Shown here piece by piece: positions 9,647 through 19,171 of a DNA stretch of 64,000 nucleotides. The DNA is taken from NCBI GenBank assembly GCA_964406605.1, contig CAYOSF010000001.1, positions 212,303 through 276,302 on the forward strand. Reading direction: 5' to 3'. A program made the translations under genes and the position numbers. Every line of letters begins with the position of its first letter. The first letter of the stretch is position 1. Origin of the DNA: an uncultured Dehalococcoidia bacterium (GTDB lineage Bacteria; Chloroflexota; Dehalococcoidia; DSTF01; RBG-16-68-14). The notes beneath the pieces are model-generated. The model ran no database searches. It was not told where the DNA came from and saw only the letters and a list, made by a program, of their open reading frames with translations.

Positions 9647-10174
9647 TCAAGGCGCGGGGGCCGGCTGCTCCTGGACGAACGTGCTGATGTGACGAAAGAC
9701 GTCTTGGATGGAGACCACGCGTGTAACGCCGCCGTCCGTCACCACCGGGATGTGTCGGAACTCGCCCACGGACATCTTGTGGAGCGCCACGGCCAGCGTG
9801 TCCTGCTCGTGAAGTACGACCGGATCGGCTGACATGATGTCGCCTACGGCTATGGCGTTGAGATCAACGTTGTCGCCGGCGGCCTTCAGGAGCACGTCGC
9901 GCTCCGTGAGAATGCCGACAAGCTCGCCCCCTTCCTTCACCAACACGCAGCCCGTCTCGCCCCGCTGCATGATGTGGATGGCGTATCCGAGCGGGTCTCC
10001 CGGCGCGACGGGAGGCGGCTCCTTCGTTGCGAGATCGGCCAGACGGTCATTCATGAGGTGGTGCGTGAACTGGTCTTCGGCAGTGGGAAGGTCGAAGCAG
10101 TGTAGATCGCCGTGACAGTTCCAACAGTAGTCGACGCCGGCGATGTTCTCGGCCTTGCAGTCAGGACAGATCAT
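9647..10174 (-). CDS. CBS-domain pair protein with an N-terminal zinc ribbon
   Basis: The N-terminal zinc ribbon reads MICPDCKAENIAGVDYCWNCHGDL, a CxxC...CxxC arrangement. It is followed by two CBS motifs (VGILTERDVLLKA and VVTDGGVTRVVSIQDV). The gene lies 19 nt downstream of korB. Confidence 0.75.
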   Translation of the reverse strand: MICPDCKAENIAGVDYCWNCHGDLHCFDLPTAEDQFTHHLMNDRLADLATKEPPPVAPGDPLGYAIHIMQRGETGCVLVKEGGELVGILTERDVLLKAAGDNVDLNAIAVGDIMSADPVVLHEQDTLAVALHKMSVGEFRHIPVVTDGGVTRVVSIQDVFRHISTFVQEQPAPAP

Positions 10175-10193
10175 CTCACGTACTCAGCGAAGG

Positions 10194-11222
10194 TCACTCG
10201 ACCGTCCATGTATCACCCTCGGCGAACAGCGCCTCCAGATCGCCCTCGCCCTGCTTGGCCACGGCTTCCCGTATCTGGTCTTCCATGAGGTCATCATAGG
10301 GGGGACGCTGAACGGCCCGCAAGACGCCCAGAGGCACCGGAAACTCCGGGTATTCCATCCTGCCCAGGATGGAGGCAGTGGTTGGGTCTTCCAGAGTCTC
10401 ATCGTGAACCAGGATGTCGTCCTCCGTCACGCCGTTTCCAAGTTCCACGACCTCGGGCGTCGTGCAGTCGAGCCGGATGCCCCGGTCGCGGTCCTTGCCG
10501 AAGATGAGTGGCTTGCCGTGCTCGAGGGCGACGGTGCGGTCGGGCCGCACCGCCTTGTCGCCGAACTCCATGAACGCCCCGTCGTTGAACACCCGGCAGT
10601 TCTGATACACCTCGACGAACGACGTTCCTTTGTGGCGGGCCGCTCGCTCCAGCGTCGCCACCAAGTGGTGCACGTCGACATCAATCGAGCGCGCGACAAA
10701 CGTTGCGCCCGCGCCGAGCACTAGGGAGACCGGGTTCAGCGGGTAGTCTATCGTCCCGGTGGGTGAGGTCTTCGTCACCATGCCTTGCTTGGACGTGGGG
10801 GAGTACTGACCCTTCGTGAGGCCGTAGATACGGTTGTTGAACAGGACGATGACTACGTCGACGTTCCGCCGGATGATGTGGAGAAGGTGGTTTCCGCCGA
10901 TACTGAGCGCGTCCCCGTCGCCGGTGGTCACCCACACCTGCAGATCCGGTCGGGACAGCTTCAGGCCTGTAGCGATGGCGGGCGCCCTCCCGTGGATCCC
11001 GTGGAAACCATAGGTGTTCATGTAGTAGGGGAAACGACTGCTGCAGCCGATGCCGGAGATGAAGACGATGTTCTCCTTGGGGATGCCCAGCTCCGGCATG
11101 AGCCTCTGGGTCTGGGCCAGAATGGCATAGTCGCCGCAGCCGGGACACCAGCGCACCTCCTGGTCGGAGACGAAATCCTTGCGCGCCAGCGGCGGTTGCT
11201 CGACGGGGGCCCCGGAGGTCAT
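10194..11222 (-). CDS. korB: 2-oxoglutarate/2-oxoacid:ferredoxin oxidoreductase beta subunit (TPP-binding)
   Basis: The protein starts [32 protein letters not shown], followed by the GDGD thiamin-pyrophosphate motif. The tracked ORF is over-extended upstream. The real ATG at 11222 overlaps the korA stop as ATGA. Confidence 0.9.
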   Translation of the reverse strand: MTSGAPVEQPPLARKDFVSDQEVRWCPGCGDYAILAQTQRLMPELGIPKENIVFISGIGCSSRFPYYMNTYGFHGIHGRAPAIATGLKLSRPDLQVWVTTGDGDALSIGGNHLLHIIRRNVDVVIVLFNNRIYGLTKGQYSPTSKQGMVTKTSPTGTIDYPLNPVSLVLGAGATFVARSIDVDVHHLVATLERAARHKGTSFVEVYQNCRVFNDGAFMEFGDKAVRPDRTVALEHGKPLIFGKDRDRGIRLDCTTPEVVELGNGVTEDDILVHDETLEDPTTASILGRMEYPEFPVPLGVLRAVQRPPYDDLMEDQIREAVAKQGEGDLEALFAEGDTWTVE

Positions 11223-13075
11223 GCGACGCTCACCTCCCGGCGAACCAGCTCTCTGATCTTCTCCTCGATGCGGGCCACCTGGAACGGCCTCCCCGTAACC
11301 TCGTTCAGGCCTACGGCATCGACCAGGTAACGGGCGCGGACGAGCATCCGGAGCTGGCCGAGGTTCAGCTCGGGGACCAGCACTCTCTTGAAGCGCGACA
11401 GGACGGTGCCTAGGTTCTGCGGGAAGGGATTGAGGTAGCGCAGGTGGGCGCAGGAGACCTGCAGGCCGCTGGACCGCGCCCGCTGGACCGCCGAGACGAT
11501 CGCTCCGTACGTGCTGCCCCAGCCGAGCACCAGCAACTCCCCCTCCGGCTCCCCTATGACTTGGAGGTCGGGGATATTCTTGGCGATTCTCTCCACCTTC
11601 TGAGCGCGGTAGGCCACCATCCGCATGTGGTTCTCGGGATCGTAGCTGACCTCGCCCGTGACGTCGGTCTTCTCCAGCCCGCCGATGCGGTGCTCGAGGT
11701 CGGGTGTGCCCGGGATCGCCCACGGGCGGGCCATCGTTTCCTCGTCTCGGGCGTAGGGTTGGAACGTCTCCGGATCGGTGGCGAAGTTGACCTCGATCTT
11801 TGGCAGCTCGTCGAGCGACGGAATCCGCCAGGGCTCCGACCCCATGCCCAGGTAGGCGTCCGAGAGAAACACGGTCGGTACCATGTGGCGGACGGCGATG
11901 CGAAACGCCTCGATGGCCATGTCGAAGCAGTCGCCTGGGGTGGCGGGCGCGATGATGGCGACCGGCGATTCGCCGTTTCGACCGAACATCGCCTGGAGCA
12001 GATCCGCCTGCTCGGTCTTCGTCGGCATCCCGGTGCTGGGCCCCGAGCGCTGGATGACGGCGATCACCAGTGGCAGCTCCGTCATCACGGCGAGCCCGAT
12101 GCCTTCGCTCTTGAGCGCGAGCCCGGGACCGCTGGTCGCGGTCAGGCCCAGCGCCCCTCCGAAGGCAGCGCCGATGGCGGCACCCACGGCAGCTATCTCG
12201 TCTTCGGCCTGGAGCGTCTTCACGCCGAAGTGCTTCAATTTCGCCAGCTCCTCCAGGACGTCGCTGGCAGGTGTGATTGGATAGCTCGCGCAGAACAGCG
12301 GTCTTCCCGCCTGGCGGGATGCGCTGAGGAAGCCGAGGGCGGTGGCCTGGTTGCCCGTGATGTTGCGGTACTTGCCGGGCGCCAGATCCGCCTTCGGCAC
12401 GCGGTAGTGGACCGGGAGCAGCTCGGTCGTCTCACCGAAGTTGCGGCCTGCTCGCAGGGTGGTGGCGTTGGCGTCGGCAACGGCAGGGTTCTTGGCGAAC
12501 TTGGCCCGTATCCAGCGCAGCGTTGGCTCCATCGGCCGCTCGTACAGCCAGAACATCAGGCCGAGGGCGAAGAAGTTCCTCGACCGGTCGACCTGCTTCG
12601 GCGCCAGTTTGCTGTCTTTGAGCGCGTCGGCGTTGAGCTTGGTGATGGGCACGGGGATCAGCCGGTAGTCCGCAAGGCTGCCGTCCTCCACGGGGTTCGC
12701 CTCGTACCCCGCTTTGTGCAAGTTGCTCTCGGTGAACTCGTCTGTGTTGACGATGATCGTGGCGCCCTTGGGCAGGTCGGGCAGGTTCACCTTGAGAGCC
12801 GCCGGGTTCATTGCCACCAAGACATCCGGGGCATCGCCCGGCGTGTAGATCTCGGTGCTGGAGAAGTTGATCTGGAACGCGCTCACGCCCCCCAGAGAGC
12901 CGGCCGGGGCGCGGATCTCAGCGGGGAAGTCCGGCAGGGTACTGATGTCGTTGCCGAAGAGTGCGGAGGTGTTGGTGAACTGGAGTCCCGCAAGCTGCAT
13001 CCCGTCGCCGGAGTCGCCGGCGAAACGGATGGTGACTCGGTCCAGCTCTTCGACGCGTCCGTCTCGGCCTTTCAT
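11219..13075 (-). CDS. korA: 2-oxoglutarate/2-oxoacid:ferredoxin oxidoreductase alpha subunit (fused gamma and alpha domains)
   Basis: The 618-aa protein contains [15 protein letters not shown] and the pyruvate-flavodoxin-oxidoreductase core, with an alpha-subunit C-terminus. Confidence 0.9.
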   Translation of the reverse strand: MKGRDGRVEELDRVTIRFAGDSGDGMQLAGLQFTNTSALFGNDISTLPDFPAEIRAPAGSLGGVSAFQINFSSTEIYTPGDAPDVLVAMNPAALKVNLPDLPKGATIIVNTDEFTESNLHKAGYEANPVEDGSLADYRLIPVPITKLNADALKDSKLAPKQVDRSRNFFALGLMFWLYERPMEPTLRWIRAKFAKNPAVADANATTLRAGRNFGETTELLPVHYRVPKADLAPGKYRNITGNQATALGFLSASRQAGRPLFCASYPITPASDVLEELAKLKHFGVKTLQAEDEIAAVGAAIGAAFGGALGLTATSGPGLALKSEGIGLAVMTELPLVIAVIQRSGPSTGMPTKTEQADLLQAMFGRNGESPVAIIAPATPGDCFDMAIEAFRIAVRHMVPTVFLSDAYLGMGSEPWRIPSLDELPKIEVNFATDPETFQPYARDEETMARPWAIPGTPDLEHRIGGLEKTDVTGEVSYDPENHMRMVAYRAQKVERIAKNIPDLQVIGEPEGELLVLGWGSTYGAIVSAVQRARSSGLQVSCAHLRYLNPFPQNLGTVLSRFKRVLVPELNLGQLRMLVRARYLVDAVGLNEVTGRPFQVARIEEKIRELVRREVSVA

Positions 13076-13092
13076 CCGCCGCTCCGGGTCGC

Positions 13093-13551
13093 CTAGGCTC
13101 CCTCAGGCGTCTTCATGGTCTGATCCGGCCTGGGCGGCAAGTTGATGACCTGGTCGGGGAAGGATTCCGCGAAGTAGTCGATGACATCTCGCACTCTCAA
13201 GAGCGCGATCGGCTCGGCAGTCACGGGATCGACGACCGGGACGTCTCGAAAGCCCTCCGCGGTCATGAGACTTATCGCCTCGCCGATCGTCTGATGCAGC
13301 GTTACTGCCCCGGGGTTTGGGCTCATGAACTTGTCCACGGGCTCGTCGTAGTTCACGTCGCGCGCCACGACCTTCATGAGCACATCCCGCTCCGTCATGA
13401 TGCCGAGGAGACAGTCCTCGTCACAGATCAGCACGGAGCGCATCCGATGCTGCTGCACCGTTTCGATGACGTCTCGCACGCTGGTTCCACTTTCGACGCA
13501 CGGGGGAGGCCGCAGATTCAGGGTGCCGATTCTCGTGCTCAGTAGCGTCAT
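13093..13551 (-). CDS. CBS-domain pair protein
   Basis: There are two CBS motifs ([14 protein letters not shown] and [22 protein letters not shown]). The gene lies immediately upstream of korA, with 18 nt between them. Confidence 0.75.
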   Translation of the reverse strand: MTLLSTRIGTLNLRPPPCVESGTSVRDVIETVQQHRMRSVLICDEDCLLGIMTERDVLMKVVARDVNYDEPVDKFMSPNPGAVTLHQTIGEAISLMTAEGFRDVPVVDPVTAEPIALLRVRDVIDYFAESFPDQVINLPPRPDQTMKTPEGA

Positions 13552-13801
13552 GGCTCAATCGCCTTCGGATCTGCGCCCGACCGACGCCCGGCGGCCACCG
13601 TATGATTGACGTTCTGGTGGACAGGCGCTATTCTCAACTTTTCCATTCTATATTGTAGCAAAATCAGTCGGCCGACCGGGACGGTCACTTGTCTGGCCCG
13701 GCCGGGAAAGCGGGAGCTCGTCTGCTCTGGCGCTCGCTTGTTGAACAGAACCGCTGGTGAACAGCAGCATGTCGTGGCCGGTCTCAATTAGACCCCGAGG
13801 G

Positions 13802-13879
13802 TGGTCGGGGTGGGCAGATTTGAACTGCCGACCTCTTGGTCCCAAACCAAGCGCTCTAGCCTGGCTGAGCTACACCCCG
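13802..13879 (-). tRNA. tRNA-Pro (anticodon TGG)
   Basis: The reverse complement is CGGGGTGTAGCTCAGCCAGGCTAGAGCGCTTGGTTTGGGACCAAGAGGTCGGCAGTTCAAATCTGCCCACCCCGACCA. The acceptor stem CGGGGTG pairs with CACCCCG, followed by A and CCA. The anticodon loop is TTTGGGA. Confidence 0.85.
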
Positions 13880-13960
13880 ACGCCTCCACGTTAGCCAGCG
13901 CCGCTCGTCGCCGTCAAGGTGACGGCGAGGCCGGCGGTCGCGAGGGAACGCGGTCGGGCA

Positions 13961-14893
13961 TCAGGCCGACCGCGGGAGATGCGCGGCGCCGATCAGGTCT
14001 TGCACGTCCGCTGTGCCTTGCTCGTCCATGTAGCGGCGGATGCCCTGCTGCACCTCCAGCGGCGCCGTCGGGTTCACCAGCGTCGCGGTCCCCACCTGCA
14101 CCGCCGTTGCTCCCGCCAGCAGGAACTCGACCGCGTCCGTTCCGCTGGAGATGCCGCCGCAGCCAATGAGGGGCACGTCGACGGCGGCAGCCACCTGGTA
14201 GACCATGCGCAGGGCCACCGGTTTGATGGCCGGGCCGGAAAGACCGCCGAAGACGCTGGAGAGCACGGGCCGCCTCGACTGGCTGTCGATGGCCATCGCC
14301 TGGAGCGTGTTGATGAGACAGAGGGCGTCGGCACCGGCTGCGACGACGGCGCGCGCTATCGCCACGATGTCGGTCACGTTGGGGGTGAGCTTGACGATGA
14401 CAGGGAGACTGGTGCGGCGCGTCACGGCTTCGGTGACTTCTGCCGCGGCCTCCGGCTCCTGGCCGAACTGCATGCCACCGCGCTTGGCATTAGGACTGGA
14501 GATATTGACTTCTATGGCGCTCACGCCCGCCACGCCCTCCAGGCGCGCCGCGACCCGGCCGTACTCCTCCGCGGTCGCTCCGAGGATACTGACGACGACC
14601 GGTACCCGCCAGCGCGCCCAGCGCGGCGCCATCTCACGGACGACGACGGCCACACCGGGGTTCTGGAGACCGATGGCGTTGAGCATGCCGGCCGGCGTCT
14701 CCGCGGTGCGCTGCTGCGGATTGCCGGCCCGGGGACGGAGGGTGATGGTCTTGGTGACCACCGCCCCCAGATCCTGCACGTTGAAGCCGTGACCTCTGTC
14801 CAGGCCGAAGCTGAACGTCCCTGCGGCCGTCATGACGGGATTCGTTAGAGTGAGGCTGCGCTTGCGACCGGGCAGCTCGACCTGGAGGTTCAT
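13961..14893 (-). CDS. pyrD: dihydroorotate dehydrogenase, class-1 catalytic subunit
   Basis: The protein starts MNLQVELPGRKRSLTLTNPVMTAAGTFSFG and contains the GGISSG FMN/phosphate-binding motif. A GAGGAG Shine-Dalgarno lies 9 nt upstream of the ATG at 14893. The tracked ORF is over-extended. Confidence 0.85.
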   Translation of the reverse strand: MNLQVELPGRKRSLTLTNPVMTAAGTFSFGLDRGHGFNVQDLGAVVTKTITLRPRAGNPQQRTAETPAGMLNAIGLQNPGVAVVVREMAPRWARWRVPVVVSILGATAEEYGRVAARLEGVAGVSAIEVNISSPNAKRGGMQFGQEPEAAAEVTEAVTRRTSLPVIVKLTPNVTDIVAIARAVVAAGADALCLINTLQAMAIDSQSRRPVLSSVFGGLSGPAIKPVALRMVYQVAAAVDVPLIGCGGISSGTDAVEFLLAGATAVQVGTATLVNPTAPLEVQQGIRRYMDEQGTADVQDLIGAAHLPRSA

Positions 14894-15015
14894 GCGGGCC
14901 CGCTCCTCGGTTGAAGTCTGAGTCATTATAGGCCGGGCCACGGCCGCGGGCGAATAGAATGAGGAACGGGGGCCCGCATGGACCCCCGCACGGTAGGAGG
15001 CTGCGGGCCACCGCG

Positions 15016-15279
15016 TCAGGATTCTTGGGCGACCTCTTCGTCCACGATGCTCACCTCTGAGGGCCTGGCCACGGGCCGACGCGTCCACCAGCGTCCGACG
15101 GTACCGGCATCCGGTTCCCAGAGTGCGTCTTCGGCGGCGTTCGGGAAGCGGCGCGTGGAGCCGCACCGCTTGCAGTACCCGCGGCTCGTAGCGCCGTTCG
15201 GCGTTTCGATGATCCAGTGATGCCGGCAGTTCTTTGCTCGGCCCTTCTGTTCCTTCTCAACAGCGAGTCTCTCGCTCAT
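15016..15279 (-). CDS. small Cys/His-rich (zinc-ribbon-like) hypothetical protein upstream of pyrD
   Basis: The protein starts MSERLAVEKEQKGRAKNCRHHWIIETPNGATSRGYCKRCGSTRRF, a C-x-HH...C-x2-C arrangement. A GAAGAGG Shine-Dalgarno precedes the ATG at 15279. Confidence 0.4.
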   Translation of the reverse strand: MSERLAVEKEQKGRAKNCRHHWIIETPNGATSRGYCKRCGSTRRFPNAAEDALWEPDAGTVGRWWTRRPVARPSEVSIVDEEVAQES

Positions 15280-15848
15280 TGTTCGCCTCTTCTTCACTAC
15301 TTGGGCTCAATGCCCTGCCCCCCTTATTTCAATCTATTGAACACCCATCGCATCCCCGGTTTCAGTAACCTAGGACACATTTTCACCTTCTGCGGTAGGT
15401 GGGTTCTCCTGCGTCCAGTTCCCAACTGCGCACTGCGAACACCGCAGAAGAAAAAACTAGCACACTTTTTTTGCTCTGTCAAGGTTACGACGCTAAAATC
15501 ATGACCTGCTTCTGTAATCCATTGTTCAGGCGGTGCGCATACGGTATATTCGAAGTGATGAGACCGCGCAGGGCACATGCTGTCACCGCGTCATGACCGA
15601 AAAGGCGGAAGTACCCAGGCTATTAAGCCGAAATGGCGACGAGGGTATCGCTCAACCGACCGAGATCCTCCGCTTGAGCCCCTTCCTAGCTGGCAGCGCC
15701 GCACCCATGCGGAGCATCGTGGGCTCGTACTCGGCACGCGCACGGGGAGTGCTGCGCGGATACCTGTGATGTGTTCCGGCTCGGCAGACTGGCGCATACG
15801 GCAACGTTCGCCCGTCGTTGGTGAGTTGCCGAGCCGGCCAAGGAAGGG

Positions 15849-16916
15849 ATGAACATGCCCGACGAACAGGAGATCCTGGAGGCGCTTAAGCAGGTCGAGG
15901 ACCCGGACCTGCACCGCGATATCGTTTCTCTTGGTTTCATCAAGGATGTGGTGGCCAAGGATGGGCGCGTCAGCCTTCGAATCGTGCTCACCACGCCGGC
16001 CTGCCCCGTCCGGGACCAGATGAAGGCACAGGTGGAGAAGATCCTCCTGGGGCTGCCGGGTGTGAAGGAGACCGATGTCACCCTGGATGCCGAGGTGCGC
16101 GTCGGCAGGCCCCCCGGGCACCCGAGGCCGGTCGAAGGGGTGCGGAACATCATCGCCGTCGCGAGCAACAAGGGCGGCGTGGGCAAGTCTACGGTTGCCG
16201 TGAATCTGGCAGTGGCCCTGGCCAAGCGGGGCGCCCGTGTCGGGTTGCTGGACGCGGATGTTACGGGTCCCAACATTCCGATCATGATGGGTTTCCAGGC
16301 AGGTTTTATGGCCGAGGACGACCGTGGCTTGAGGCCTGTCGAGAAGTTCGGCGTGTCGGTCATCTCGCTGGGGTTCGTGTTGCCTCGGCTTTCGCCCGTG
16401 GTGTGGCGCGGCCCGCTGGTGGGAACCGCGATCCGGCAACTGCTCCATGACATCAGGTGGGGAGAGCTGGACTATCTGCTGATCGACCTGCCGCCCGGAA
16501 CGAGCGACGCGTCTTTGAGCACTGTGCAAGAGGCGCCGGTGTCCGGTGTGGTCATCGTCAGTACTTCCGCGGACGTGGCGTGGGAAGACGCCAGCAAGGC
16601 GGTGGCGATGTTCGAGAAGCTCGATGTGCCCGTCTTCGGCGTCATCGAGAACATGAGCTACTTTCTGTGCCCCCACTGCGGAGAACGAACGGAGATCTTC
16701 GGCTCCGGAGGAGGAAGGAAGGCCGCCGAAGAGTTGGGGCTGGAGTTCCTGGGAGACATCCCTCTCGACGCGAAGACGCGCGAAGCCGGCGACAAAGGGG
16801 TGCCCATCGTGGAGTCGGAGCCGGATTCGCCACAGGGGCAGACGTTTCTGCGCGTGGCGGAGCAGGTGGCAGCGCGCTGTAGCACTCTTCAGCTAGCCGC
16901 GTCTGGTGTAGAATAG
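15849..16916 (+). CDS. apbC: Mrp/NBP35 (ApbC) Fe-S cluster carrier ATPase
   Basis: The N-terminal DUF59-like segment reads LKQVEDPDLHRDIVSLGFI. The Walker A motif is SNKGGVGKST, and the CPHCGE motif is also present. Confidence 0.9.
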   Translation: MNMPDEQEILEALKQVEDPDLHRDIVSLGFIKDVVAKDGRVSLRIVLTTPACPVRDQMKAQVEKILLGLPGVKETDVTLDAEVRVGRPPGHPRPVEGVRNIIAVASNKGGVGKSTVAVNLAVALAKRGARVGLLDADVTGPNIPIMMGFQAGFMAEDDRGLRPVEKFGVSVISLGFVLPRLSPVVWRGPLVGTAIRQLLHDIRWGELDYLLIDLPPGTSDASLSTVQEAPVSGVVIVSTSADVAWEDASKAVAMFEKLDVPVFGVIENMSYFLCPHCGERTEIFGSGGGRKAAEELGLEFLGDIPLDAKTREAGDKGVPIVESEPDSPQGQTFLRVAEQVAARCSTLQLAASGVE

Positions 16917-16920
16917 GCTC

Positions 16921-17868
16921 GTGACACTACGCTTCTTCCGCCGAAAGCCCGGAGCGAGCCGGCCCTCCGCCGAGGAATCGGAAGTCGAGAAGCCCCAAGC
17001 GTCGAACAACCCCACTCGCAGGCGTCGCAGCGGTGCGAGTTCGTCTGGTCGCGCGAGATCGACAGAAACGACATCCCCTGAGAAGAAGGATGCCGTTGCG
17101 GCCAAGCCTTCCTCCGGCAGAAGCCGCCGCGGACGCCGTGGAGGCTCCGCTCGCAAGGCCACGCAGGCTGCGGCCGAGGAGCGGCCCGCAGCGCCGGAGA
17201 GTGCCCCGACCACGCCTGCAGGCGTCGAGCCCGACATGCTGAAGGCCCTTCTTGCGAAGCAGGAGACGACCCTGGAGCGTTTTGCCGAGACCCAGGGAAC
17301 GGCCATGAAAGGTGTGCAGGGGTCGCTCTCCGCGATCGAGAACCGCCTGGCCGGGATGAGCCGGCTGGCGACGGAAGGACCGCGCGTGGGCATCTTCGTG
17401 GACGTGCCAAACGTAATGTACGCGGCCGAGCGCCAGCGGGTCACCCTCGACTTCAGTAAGTTGCTGGATTTCATCGTGCGCGGCCGGGAGCTCGTGCGGG
17501 CGAGTGCCTACGCTCCCATCAGCGACGATCCCAAGGAAAAGCTGGACGTGCAGAAATTCGTGCACCCGTTCGTCGGCCTTGGCTATAGGCTCGTCATCAA
17601 GCCGCTGAAGCGATACGCGGACGGCTCGATGAAGGCGAACTTCGACGTGGAACTGGCCATCGACGTGCTAACGATGTCAGACCGGCTGGATATCGTCACC
17701 CTGGTGTCAGGAGACGGGGATTTCCGCCGGCTAGTCGAGCTGGTGGCGAGCAAAGGGGTGCGGGTGGAGGTGGTGGCCTTCGGCGAGAGTACGGCCGCCG
17801 AGCTGAAGGCGGTCGCCGACGAGTATGTGGACCTGAACGACCACCTGACGGAACTCCGCGCCAAGTGA
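16921..17868 (+). CDS. NYN-domain (LabA/PIN-like) protein with an approximately 150-aa basic Ser/Arg-rich disordered N-terminus
   Basis: The C-terminal half contains GIFVDVPNVMYAA, DVELAIDVLTMSDRLDIVTLVSGDGDF and VRVEVVAF, which is the NYN/LabA nuclease-like fold. Confidence 0.75.
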   Translation: MTLRFFRRKPGASRPSAEESEVEKPQASNNPTRRRRSGASSSGRARSTETTSPEKKDAVAAKPSSGRSRRGRRGGSARKATQAAAEERPAAPESAPTTPAGVEPDMLKALLAKQETTLERFAETQGTAMKGVQGSLSAIENRLAGMSRLATEGPRVGIFVDVPNVMYAAERQRVTLDFSKLLDFIVRGRELVRASAYAPISDDPKEKLDVQKFVHPFVGLGYRLVIKPLKRYADGSMKANFDVELAIDVLTMSDRLDIVTLVSGDGDFRRLVELVASKGVRVEVVAFGESTAAELKAVADEYVDLNDHLTELRAK

Positions 17869-18269
17869 CGATGTCTGACGCTCCCACCGTCCTCGTTGCC
17901 GAGGACTACCCCGACTTCCGCGCCCGTCTCCTCGGTCTGTTGGAGCCGCTCGATCTCAGTTGCATCCCCGTGGGCAACGGCCGCCAGGCGATCGAGGTGC
18001 TAAGGGACGGCTCGCAAGAGCTGCACCTCGTTATCACCGATATGGACATGCCGGTGAGCACGGGTTGGGACGTGATCGAGGCGACGCGGGAGCATCGCGG
18101 CGCCGACCTCCCCATCATCATGCAGACGGGTGAGGCGAAGTACACCTACGTCCGGCGTCGCGCGCAGGAGCTAGGCATCGTCCTGATCGACAAGACCGAC
18201 GTCGACGACCATTTGGTGCCCGCCGTGCGCAAGGCGCTACGGCTCTCCCGCGACGGCGGGGGTGAGTAG
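17865..18269 (+). CDS. single-domain response regulator (CheY-like receiver only)
   Basis: The protein reads VLVAEDYPDFRARLL...HLVITDMDMP...IIMQTGEAKY, which contains the acidic pocket, the phospho-acceptor Asp and the conserved Thr and Lys positions. Its start overlaps the stop of the NYN gene, with GTGA or ATG alternatives at 17865 and 17871. Confidence 0.85.
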   Translation: MTMSDAPTVLVAEDYPDFRARLLGLLEPLDLSCIPVGNGRQAIEVLRDGSQELHLVITDMDMPVSTGWDVIEATREHRGADLPIIMQTGEAKYTYVRRRAQELGIVLIDKTDVDDHLVPAVRKALRLSRDGGGE

Positions 18270-18312
18270 GAACCTCTTCCGAGTCCCCTCCGATATGCGA
18301 GCCGGCGTCCGG

Positions 18313-19101
18313 CTAGGCTGATGGAACGCTCGAAGCCGATTGCACCCGCCTGGCGGCGGCCTTCGCGTACTCAGGGACCGCCTCGATGAGGACCCAGCGG
18401 CGCCCGTGTCGCCCGGCGGCGACAGCGGACGTTCCTGCCCCGCCGAAGGGGTCGAGCACCAGCTCTCCGGGCTGGGACGCCAGGAGGACCGCCCGCTCAA
18501 CCAGGGCCAGTGGCTTCTGCGAAGGGTGCGCGCCGTCGATCCGTTCCCGTCGCGGTGTCACAGGGAATTCCCACAGGTTACGCATCTGCTTGCCGCCGTT
18601 CATCTCTTTGGCGTCCCAGTAGTTGAAGGTCCATTTCTTTGCCCGCTTGGGCGTCTCGTTGACGGCCCAGATGATCTGCTCGGTGCTCTCGGTGAGGGTG
18701 CGGGCGGTGATGTTGGGCTGGGCGTTGGGCTTGAACCAAACGATGGAGTTGAGGATCCGTCGCTCCAGCACCTGGCTGAGCAGGAACCCGAGCAGGTAGA
18801 TGTTGTGAAAGGTGCCGAAGACCAGCAGGTTGCCGTTGGGCCTCACGACACGGCAGACCTCGCGCAGCCAGTCCAGACTGAAGCGAAAGTACTCGTCCTC
18901 GGTGAACTGGTCCCATGTCTCCTGCATGGTGACGTGCGACGAGAATGCCCAAGCCAGGCCGCCCTTGCTTCGGCGGCCGCGGCCGGAAGCGATGCCGAAG
19001 GGCGGATCGGCGATGCAGTGGTCGACGCAACCGTCCGGCCAGGAGCGCATCACCTCCAGGCAGTCGCCCGTGTAGATGTGGTTTGGAATCGGGTCGGGCA
19101 T
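18313..19101 (-). CDS. beta-class N6-adenine or N4-cytosine DNA methyltransferase, apparently orphan
   Basis: The catalytic motif IV is DPPF (IADPPFG), followed later by the HPSQKP and DPFGGAGTS (FxGxG) motifs. The order IV...I is typical of the beta-class. An ATG near 19101 has an AGGTGA Shine-Dalgarno 8 nt upstream. A GTG at 19113 is an alternative start. Confidence 0.8.
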   Translation of the reverse strand: MPDPIPNHIYTGDCLEVMRSWPDGCVDHCIADPPFGIASGRGRRSKGGLAWAFSSHVTMQETWDQFTEDEYFRFSLDWLREVCRVVRPNGNLLVFGTFHNIYLLGFLLSQVLERRILNSIVWFKPNAQPNITARTLTESTEQIIWAVNETPKRAKKWTFNYWDAKEMNGGKQMRNLWEFPVTPRRERIDGAHPSQKPLALVERAVLLASQPGELVLDPFGGAGTSAVAAGRHGRRWVLIEAVPEYAKAAARRVQSASSVPSA

Positions 19102-19118
19102 GGAACTGATCACCTGCT

Positions 19119-19147
19119 ATAGTACGTTTATCGATCCCGGCCGTCAA
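19119..19147 (-). promoter_or_regulatory. putative sigma70-type promoter for the methyltransferase
   Basis: On the minus strand the sequence reads TTGACG, then a 17-nt spacer, then TACTAT, and then AGGTGA and the ATG. It lies in the 58-bp gap after the kinase gene. Confidence 0.4.
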
Positions 19148-19171
19148 GGTCAGGATCTTGTCGCGTGCCGC

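Noticed and set aside
13548-13791. ORFs 13548-13787 (minus strand) and 13606-13791 (plus strand), next to tRNA-Pro
   Set aside because: They are short, have no motifs, and overlap the promoter/terminator region between the CBS gene and tRNA-Pro. They are likely non-coding.
15298-15854. tmRNA, RNase P RNA, SRP RNA or 6S RNA in the AT-richer intergenic region
   Set aside because: No tRNA-like acceptor/T-arm with a tag reading frame (tmRNA) and no SRP domain-IV motif could be identified by eye. RNase P core motifs of the GGAAAGUCCGG / AGGAAAGUCC type were also not found. Only a generic hairpin and promoter-like hexamers are present.
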